64,000 nucleotides of DNA from an uncultured Methylomirabilota bacterium (GTDB taxonomy: Bacteria > Methylomirabilota > Methylomirabilia > Methylomirabilales > 2-02-FULL-66-22), in contig OY970067.1 in the NCBI GenBank assembly GCA_963705305.1, positions 3,680,001-3,744,000 on the forward strand, given 5' to 3'. A program made the translations under genes and the position numbers. The notes under the pieces are model-generated. The model saw only the letters and a list, made by a program, of their open reading frames with translations. It was not told the origin of the DNA and did no database searches. Position 1 is the stretch's first letter. Each line of letters begins with the position of its first letter. This document shows, piece after piece, positions 57,712-64,000 of the stretch.

Positions 57712-59124
57712 ATGACGCCAAAAGAAGTTGTGAAGTTCGCCAAAGATCAGGGGGCACGCTTTCTCGATCTGAAGTTCATGGATTATCCCGGGATGTGGCA
57801 GCACTTCACCGTCCCCATCAATCAACTCGAGGAGAGCTCTTTCGAGGAGGGGTTCGGCTTCGACGGAAGCTCGATCCGCGGCTGGCAGGCGATTCACGCC
57901 AGTGACATGCTGGTAATCCCGGATGCCAGCACGGCGGTTCTGGACCCGTTCACGGCGATTCCGACCCTCAGCCTCATCTGCAACATCGTGGATCCCATCA
58001 CCAAAGAGAAGTACACGCGCGACCCGCGCAACATCGCCCAGAAGGCGGAGGCCTACCTGAAATCCACGGGCATCGCCGATACCGCCTACTTCGGTCCGGA
58101 GGCGGAATTTTTCATTTTTGACGACGTCCGCTACGACGCCAGAGAGCAGTGCGCGTTTTACTTCGTCGATTCGGTGGAGGGCCAGTGGAACACGGGCCGC
58201 GTGGAGAGCCCGAACTTGGGGTATAAGGCCCGCTACAAGGAGGGCTACTTCCCTGTCCCGCCCACCGACAGCATGATGGACATCCGCTCGGAGATGGTCG
58301 CCACCATGGAGCAGGTCGGCATCATGGTGGAGGCGCAGCACCACGAGGTGGCCACGGCGGGTCAGGCCGAGATCGACATGCGGTTCAACTCCCTGACGAA
58401 GATCGCCGACAGCCTCATGTGGTACAAGTACATCCTCAAGAACGTCGCCCGCAAGCACGGGAAGACCGTGACGCTGATGCCCAAGCCCATCTTCGGGGAC
58501 AACGGCTCCGGCATGCACTGCCATCAGAGCCTGTGGAAGGGCGGGCAGCCCCTGTTTGCGGGGAACGGCTACGCGGGCCTGTCCGACTTGGCCCTCTGGT
58601 ACATTGGCGGCATTCTCAAGCACGCGGCCGCCCTGTGCGCCCTGGTGGCTCCGACCACCAACTCGTACAAGCGGCTGGTGCCGGGTTTCGAAGCGCCGGT
58701 CAATCTGGCGTACTCCAGCCGCAACCGCAGCGCGGCGATCCGGATCCCGATGTACTCGCCCAGCCCCAAGGCGAAACGGGCTGAGGTGCGCTTCCCGGAC
58801 TGCAGCTGCAACGGCTACCTGGCCTTCTCGGCGATGATGATGGCGGGACTGGACGGCATTCAGAACAAGCTCGATCCCGGCGCGCCGCTGGACAAGGATA
58901 TTTACGAGCTGGGGCCGGAGGAGTTGAAGGACGTCCCCTCGGTGCCGGGCTCGCTGGATGCGGCCCTGACCGCTCTGGAGAACGATCACGAGTTCCTGCT
59001 GAAGGGGGATGTATTCACGCAGGATGCCGTGGATACCTGGATCTCCTACAAGCGAAAGCGCGAGGTGGATCCCGTCCGCCTGCGCCCCCACCCGTACGAG
59101 TTCGTCCTCTACTACGACATTTAG
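57712..59124 (+). CDS. glnA: Glutamine synthetase type I
   Basis: [61 protein letters not shown], adenylylation region DKDIYEL. Confidence 0.97.
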   Translation: MTPKEVVKFAKDQGARFLDLKFMDYPGMWQHFTVPINQLEESSFEEGFGFDGSSIRGWQAIHASDMLVIPDASTAVLDPFTAIPTLSLICNIVDPITKEKYTRDPRNIAQKAEAYLKSTGIADTAYFGPEAEFFIFDDVRYDAREQCAFYFVDSVEGQWNTGRVESPNLGYKARYKEGYFPVPPTDSMMDIRSEMVATMEQVGIMVEAQHHEVATAGQAEIDMRFNSLTKIADSLMWYKYILKNVARKHGKTVTLMPKPIFGDNGSGMHCHQSLWKGGQPLFAGNGYAGLSDLALWYIGGILKHAAALCALVAPTTNSYKRLVPGFEAPVNLAYSSRNRSAAIRIPMYSPSPKAKRAEVRFPDCSCNGYLAFSAMMMAGLDGIQNKLDPGAPLDKDIYELGPEELKDVPSVPGSLDAALTALENDHEFLLKGDVFTQDAVDTWISYKRKREVDPVRLRPHPYEFVLYYDI

Positions 59125-59153
59125 ACCGCCTGCCCTGTGACCGTGTCCTGAGA

Positions 59154-59183
59154 GCGCCCCGCGAGCTTCGGCTCGCGGGGCGC
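59154..59183. terminator. Strong GC hairpin between convergent glnA and a small gene
   Basis: 13-bp stem GCGCCCCGCGAGC-TTCG-GCTCGCGGGGCGC; no U-tract on either side. Confidence 0.5.
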
Positions 59184-59220
59184 GCTGCATTGGCGACGGG
59201 CCGGGCCTCGACCTGCCGGA

Positions 59221-59445
59221 CTATTGGGCGGGTGGCGGTGCCGGGCGGGACGGGACGTGCAAGGAGCGGAGCAGGTTCTCCAGCTGGTGGGCGAGAATGA
59301 GCACGCGGTTCCGCTGGATGGACTCCTGGTTTGCCTCCGCGTTCATCCGATAGACCACCTCGGCGATCTCCTCAGCGCGCTGATACGCCAGCAGGCTGAA
59401 AATCAGCGCAGCTCCCGCCAGGATCAGCACCACGACATTCCGCAT
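59221..59445 (-). CDS. Small hypothetical single-TM/secreted protein
   Basis: [14 protein letters not shown]-terminal hydrophobic helix, own putative promoter. Confidence 0.65.
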   Translation of the reverse strand: MRNVVVLILAGAALIFSLLAYQRAEEIAEVVYRMNAEANQESIQRNRVLILAHQLENLLRSLHVPSRPAPPPAQ

Positions 59446-59555
59446 ACGCTCCTCCTTTGCCGCCCTGCGGGGGCGATGGACCGGGTCCCCACTGGCAGGA
59501 TGGGTGCGGCCCTCGGCCCCGCGTCCCCCGAACGGGGAGCAGGGAGACAGAGGGA

Positions 59556-59584
59556 ACGCTAACGGCCGGTTTTCCTCCTGTCAA
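59556..59584 (-). promoter_or_regulatory. Putative sigma70 promoter for the small gene at 59221-59445
   Basis: Minus strand TTGACA-17 nt-TAGCGT. Confidence 0.5.
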
Positions 59585-59849
59585 TGGTCTCGTCCGGGAC
59601 AACCCTCCGCGATCCCCGTGACCCGAGGCGCGGCCGGCCGCCGGGGCTCCCGCGCGCGCCTCCGCGGGGTGGGGTCTCCAGGGGGCCTGCCTGGAGCGCG
59701 CTTCGCCGCCCGGATGCCCCCTAACGTCGCCGATCCGAATCGGGCAGGGGCGGGAAGGATTCGGGCCGGGCCCTGGCTTGCCCGCGAGGAAGAGAGTATG
59801 GTATGCATGGCTGACGCCTCACGCGTTTCGCGTCGGGAGCCCCGAAGCC

Positions 59850-62800
59850 ATGGTGCCTTTCGAGACAACGCTTTGCGACAGGCTAGCCGGTGCAGGCTGC
59901 CGGTTTCCAGACAGGGCGGCCAAGAATATCCTGGCCCTGGCCCCGGATGCCGCCGCTCGGCCGTACCTGGAAGCCCTGCTTCCGGAGCTGGTTACGGCCC
60001 TGCGGCACATCCCCGACGCCGACCTGGCCCTGAACAACCTGGAGCGTTTTTCTCAGGCTGCGCTGGATCGCCGGTTCCTCCTGGGGTTGTTCCGCGACCA
60101 TCCCCGCGTTCTGCACCTGGCCCTGACGATCTTCGGCAGCTCCCAGTTTCTGAGCGACATCTTGGCCCGTCATCCGCAGCTTTTCGAGTGGCTGCTGGAG
60201 CCGGGAATCGTGCGGTCGGCGAAAAGCAAGGACGAGATTCAAGCGGAGGTCCGACAGGCGGTGGGCAGCGCGGCGACGCCGGAACGCAAGTGGGCGGCCC
60301 TGCGGCGGTACAAGGCGCAGGAGATCCTGCGCATCGGGCTCCAGGACCTGTTGGGGCGTCAAACCCTGGCCGGGATCACCGAGGAGCTGTCAAATCTGGC
60401 CGACGCGATCCTGGACACGGCGTATGGCTTCTGCCGCGCCGAGCTCGCGCGCCGGCACGGGGTCCCGCAGCTGCATGAGGAGGGCGGCCGGGTCCGGGAG
60501 TGCCCGTTCGTGATCCTGGGATTGGGAAAACTGGGGGGGCGCGAGCTCAACTTCAGCTCCGACATCGACCTGATCTTCCTCTACGAGGGGGAAGGGGAGA
60601 CCGGCGGTGCGCCGGGGGAGGGCGACCGACGGACGGGGATCATTGGGAACCAGGAGTTCTTCCGCAAATTGGGAGAGCTGCTGGTGAAGGGGTTGAGCGA
60701 GCCGTCGCCCGAGGGGCACATCTATCGGGTGGATCTCCGTCTTCGTCCCGAAGGGCGCGCCGGGGCCATCGCCTCCTCGCTCCGGACCTGCGAGATCTAT
60801 TACGAGACCGCGGGGCAGACCTGGGAGCGGCAGGCGCTCATCAAGGCCCGCTCCGCGGCGGGCGATGCGGCCCTGGGCGGGCAGTTTCTGCGCATGGTGG
60901 CCCCCTTCGTGTATCGGCAGTTTTTGGACTTCGGCGCGCTGGGCGAGATCCGCGCCATGAAGGATCGGATTAACCTGGCGGTGGCCCAGGATGGACGGGC
61001 CCGCCGGAACGTGAAGCTGGGGTACGGCGGCATCCGCGAGATCGAGTTCCTGGTGCAGGGGCTGCAGCTCTTGCACGGGGGCAAGAATAGTTGGGTGCGC
61101 GAGGCCAATACGCTGCGGGCGCTGCATCGCCTGGCGGGACAGGAGCTGCTGGGGGACGCCGATTACGGGACCCTGGCGAACGCCTATACGTTCCTGCGCA
61201 ATCTGGAGCACCGGCTCCAGATCATGCACGATCGGCAGACGCACACCCTCCCCGAGGACCCCCGCGAACTGCTGGCTCTGGCCCGCCGCATGGGCTTCAT
61301 GCCAGAGGATCATGCCGATTCCGCGGCGGCGCTGCTCGAGGCGTACGAGCGTCATACGGGGGCGGTGCGCGCGCTGTACGACAGCTTCCTCTCGGCAGCA
61401 GAGCGGTCGGAGGGAGATGCCGGGGGCGCCGGAGCGGCGGACGAGCTGGCGCTCTTCTTTACCGCCGACCTGTCGCCGGAGCAGCTGCGCCAGCGCCTGG
61501 GTCCGGTGGGCTTCGAGGATCTGGATCGGGCTCTGCGCAACCTGCTGGTGATCCGGGAGGGCCAGCCATTCGTGCGGCAGACGGCCGAGGACCGCCGCGC
61601 CTTGGGCCGGCTGGCCCCGGCGCTGATCGAGGCCCTCGGCCGGGTGCCGGACCCAGACCTGGCCCTGACGACCTTCGAGCGATTCTTGGCCGGGATCCCG
61701 GCCCGGGCCACGTTCGTCGGGCTGTTGGCCGACACGCCGGGATTGCTGACGCTGCTGATGCGGCTCTTCGGCACCAGCGAATTTCTTTCGGCCACGCTCC
61801 TGCGGCAGCCCGAGTTGACGGAGGCGTTGCTGGCACCCGAGCCGGTGTCGCGTTTCGGCCGGGCGCATGTCGCGGCCGAGCTGGCGCGCGCCCTGGACAA
61901 TCCCGACAGCAGGAGCGCCCGCCTCAGCGCCCTGCGGCGGGTGAAGAAGGCGGAGGAGCTTCGGATCGGCCTGCAGGACCTCCTGGACCAGGCGGACGTG
62001 CATGCCACCAATCTGGCCCTGAGTGCCGTTGCGGAGGCCTGCCTTGCCGCCGCGCTCCAGCTGGCCGAAACGGAGCTGGCGGAGCGATTCGGCCGACCGG
62101 ACCCCCCCGGCGTGGTCGTCGTCGGCATGGGAAAGCTGGGCGGGAGGGAGCTGGGGTACGGATCGGATCTCGACCTGCTGTTCGTGTACCGGGCCGCCGG
62201 CGAAACGACCGGCCCGGAGCGGATCAGCCACCCGGAGTACTTCAGCAAGTTGGCCGATCGGGTGAGCAAGATTCTGAGCACCATAACCCCGGAGGGCGCG
62301 GCCTACCGGGTGGACACTCGGCTGCGGCCCGGCGGTCAAAAAGGGGAGGTGGCGCAACCCTTGGCGGCCTTCGAGGCCCACTTCGACCGGCTGGCCGAGG
62401 TGTGGGAGCGGCAGGCCTACATCAAGGCCCGGCCCGTGGCGGGCGATCCGGAGGTGGGCGCCGATTTCCTGGCGCGGGCCCATCGCTTCGTCTACGAGAG
62501 CCCGGAGGACCCGGATCTGGCCGGGAGAGTCCTGGCCATGCGCCATCGGATGGAGGTCGAGCGAGCGGGCGCCGTCGGCGCGGGGGCGCACGTCAAGGTG
62601 GGGAGCGGGGGCATCGTAGACATCGAGTTCCTAGTCCAGTATCTTCAGCTCCGGCACGGGCGAAGCCTCCCGGAGCTTCGCTCGCCGAACACACGGGAGG
62701 CCTTGGCCCGCCTCAAGGCCGCCGGATTTATTGCGGCGGAGGAGGCGGCCGCTTTGGAGGACGCCTATCGGTTCCTGCGCCGGGTGGAGAACCGCTTGCG

Positions 62801-63005
62801 CATCGTCGCAGACCTCAGCTTGAGCACGCTGCCCAGCGCGCCGCTCAAGCTGGAACGGTTGGCCAAGCGGATGGGCTATCGCGGGAGGGGAGACCGTTCC
62901 GGTCGCGAACAGTTCCTGGAGGATTTCGCGGCACAGACCACGAGGGTGCGGGCAATCTTCAATCGGATCTTCGATGTGTCTCAGGACGGGCCAAGACCGC
63001 ACTAG
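59850..63005 (+). CDS. glnE: Bifunctional glutamine synthetase adenylyltransferase/adenylyl-removing enzyme
   Basis: Two nucleotidyltransferase domains (GKLGGRELNFSSDIDL and GKLGGRELGYGSDLDL), RVD.RLRP.G twice, WERQA twice, VK.G.GGI.(E/D)IEF twice. Confidence 0.96.
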   Translation: MVPFETTLCDRLAGAGCRFPDRAAKNILALAPDAAARPYLEALLPELVTALRHIPDADLALNNLERFSQAALDRRFLLGLFRDHPRVLHLALTIFGSSQFLSDILARHPQLFEWLLEPGIVRSAKSKDEIQAEVRQAVGSAATPERKWAALRRYKAQEILRIGLQDLLGRQTLAGITEELSNLADAILDTAYGFCRAELARRHGVPQLHEEGGRVRECPFVILGLGKLGGRELNFSSDIDLIFLYEGEGETGGAPGEGDRRTGIIGNQEFFRKLGELLVKGLSEPSPEGHIYRVDLRLRPEGRAGAIASSLRTCEIYYETAGQTWERQALIKARSAAGDAALGGQFLRMVAPFVYRQFLDFGALGEIRAMKDRINLAVAQDGRARRNVKLGYGGIREIEFLVQGLQLLHGGKNSWVREANTLRALHRLAGQELLGDADYGTLANAYTFLRNLEHRLQIMHDRQTHTLPEDPRELLALARRMGFMPEDHADSAAALLEAYERHTGAVRALYDSFLSAAERSEGDAGGAGAADELALFFTADLSPEQLRQRLGPVGFEDLDRALRNLLVIREGQPFVRQTAEDRRALGRLAPALIEALGRVPDPDLALTTFERFLAGIPARATFVGLLADTPGLLTLLMRLFGTSEFLSATLLRQPELTEALLAPEPVSRFGRAHVAAELARALDNPDSRSARLSALRRVKKAEELRIGLQDLLDQADVHATNLALSAVAEACLAAALQLAETELAERFGRPDPPGVVVVGMGKLGGRELGYGSDLDLLFVYRAAGETTGPERISHPEYFSKLADRVSKILSTITPEGAAYRVDTRLRPGGQKGEVAQPLAAFEAHFDRLAEVWERQAYIKARPVAGDPEVGADFLARAHRFVYESPEDPDLAGRVLAMRHRMEVERAGAVGAGAHVKVGSGGIVDIEFLVQYLQLRHGRSLPELRSPNTREALARLKAAGFIAAEEAAALEDAYRFLRRVENRLRIVADLSLSTLPSAPLKLERLAKRMGYRGRGDRSGREQFLEDFAAQTTRVRAIFNRIFDVSQDGPRPH

Positions 63006-63104
63006 GGATGCAAAGCGCGGGGAGCGGCCTCCTCGCGGAACAGCCGGCGTCTGATCGGCCCGCCACACGACCACCCGAGAAGGCGGGTGGAAGGGAGGTG
63101 CACC

Positions 63105-63764
63105 ATGCTTCAGTATGAAGGGCTCCAGATCACGTGGCTCGGGCACGACGGCTTCAAGCTGAAAAAAGACAAGGTCGTCTATGTGGATCCGTTCAAGCTT
63201 CAGAAGACAGCCGAGCCCGCGGATGTCGTCTGCGTCACCCACGAGCACTTCGATCACCTGAGTCCGGAGGACCTGAAGAAGGTCGTGACGTCCAAGACCA
63301 CGGTGGTGACCATTGCGGCGTGCGAGCAGGCGGCCAAGGGCCTCGCCCCCAAGGCCGTCCGGGTGGTTGCGCCGGGAGAGCGCGTCCACGTCGATGGGGT
63401 CGAGATCGAAGTCGTTCCGGCCTACAACACGGATAAATTCCGGTCTCCCGGAAATCCGTTCCACCCGCGGAAGGACGGGAAGGCCGGCTTCATCATCAGC
63501 CTGGGAGGCCTCCGGATCTACCATGCCGGGGATACCGACCACATCCCGGAGATGGTCCAGGCCAAGGGGGTGGACGTGGCGCTCTTGCCGGTCAGCGGGA
63601 CGTACGTCATGACCGCGGCGGAGGCCGTTCAGGCCTGCCGGACCATCCAGCCAAAGCTGGCGATCCCGATGCACTATGGCGCGATCGTGGGTGCGGCCGG
63701 GGACGCCGAGACGTTCAAGAAGGGGGTCGCCTGTCGGGTGGAGATCCTCCAGCCAGAGGGATAG
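63105..63764 (+). CDS. Metallo-beta-lactamase fold hydrolase (UPF0173-like)
   Basis: WLGH, VDP, THEHFDH, YHAGDT, IPMHYG. Confidence 0.92.
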   Translation: MLQYEGLQITWLGHDGFKLKKDKVVYVDPFKLQKTAEPADVVCVTHEHFDHLSPEDLKKVVTSKTTVVTIAACEQAAKGLAPKAVRVVAPGERVHVDGVEIEVVPAYNTDKFRSPGNPFHPRKDGKAGFIISLGGLRIYHAGDTDHIPEMVQAKGVDVALLPVSGTYVMTAAEAVQACRTIQPKLAIPMHYGAIVGAAGDAETFKKGVACRVEILQPEG

Positions 63765-63843
63765 GCGGCGGGGCAACGAGGCGGCCGGGTGGCAGGATGG
63801 CCTAGCCTGGCGGGCCCGTGCGCCCACGCAGGGGAGGTCGTGA

Positions 63844-64000
63844 ATGAAGCCAAGGGTTGGGTTGACACTGGGGGATCCCACCGGAATCGGGCCGGAGCTG
63901 GTGGCGAAGCTTCTCGCACAGGCGGACGCGTGGGCGGCGTGCGATCTGATTATCGTCGGGGATCGGCGGATCTTCGAGGAGGGCCAGCGCATTGCGGGGG
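63844..64000 (+). CDS. PdxA-family dehydrogenase, 5' part (runs off the window edge)
   Basis: GGGGAGG RBS; MKPRVGLTLGDPTGIGPELVAK...IIVGD. Confidence 0.85.
   Translation, partial: MKPRVGLTLGDPTGIGPELVAKLLAQADAWAACDLIIVGDRRIFEEGQRIAG

Noticed and set aside
59585..59849. Structured ncRNA in the GC-rich region before glnE
   Set aside because: Pairings are expected by chance at this GC content and no known RNA motif was recognised.

Overview
GC-rich bacterial chromosomal window, mostly metabolic and housekeeping genes. The gene repertoire suggests a Methylomirabilota/Rokubacteria- or Deltaproteobacteria-like organism, but that is inference only. In order along the window: (1) a minus-strand alternative complex III operon (actA-B-C-D-E-F-G) running into SCO and caa3-type oxidase subunits II and I; (2) a divergent ABC-2 transporter and a CopD-like membrane protein; (3) class II ribonucleotide reductase nrdJ, with an NrdR-like box and a structured leader, followed by dcd; (4) an AOR-family oxidoreductase that closely resembles archaeal GAPOR; (5) a run of small metabolic genes; (6) larC/larB and hisG; (7) a DUF1445 + Liv-type ABC transporter + pxpABC cluster; (8) a galT-like gene, an 8-GAF histidine kinase and a receiver protein; (9) sigma54/NtrC-type glnB-glnA, glnE, an MBL hydrolase and the start of a pdxA-like gene. 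No tRNA, rRNA, CRISPR array, prophage or transposase was recognised. The most unusual non-coding signal is a four-copy MITE-like repeat family. It has a conserved scaffold, a doubled right end, and variable slots that carry small palindromic cassettes, one of which is inserted inside a relative of itself. Three apparent +1 frameshifts suggest consensus errors in the assembly.
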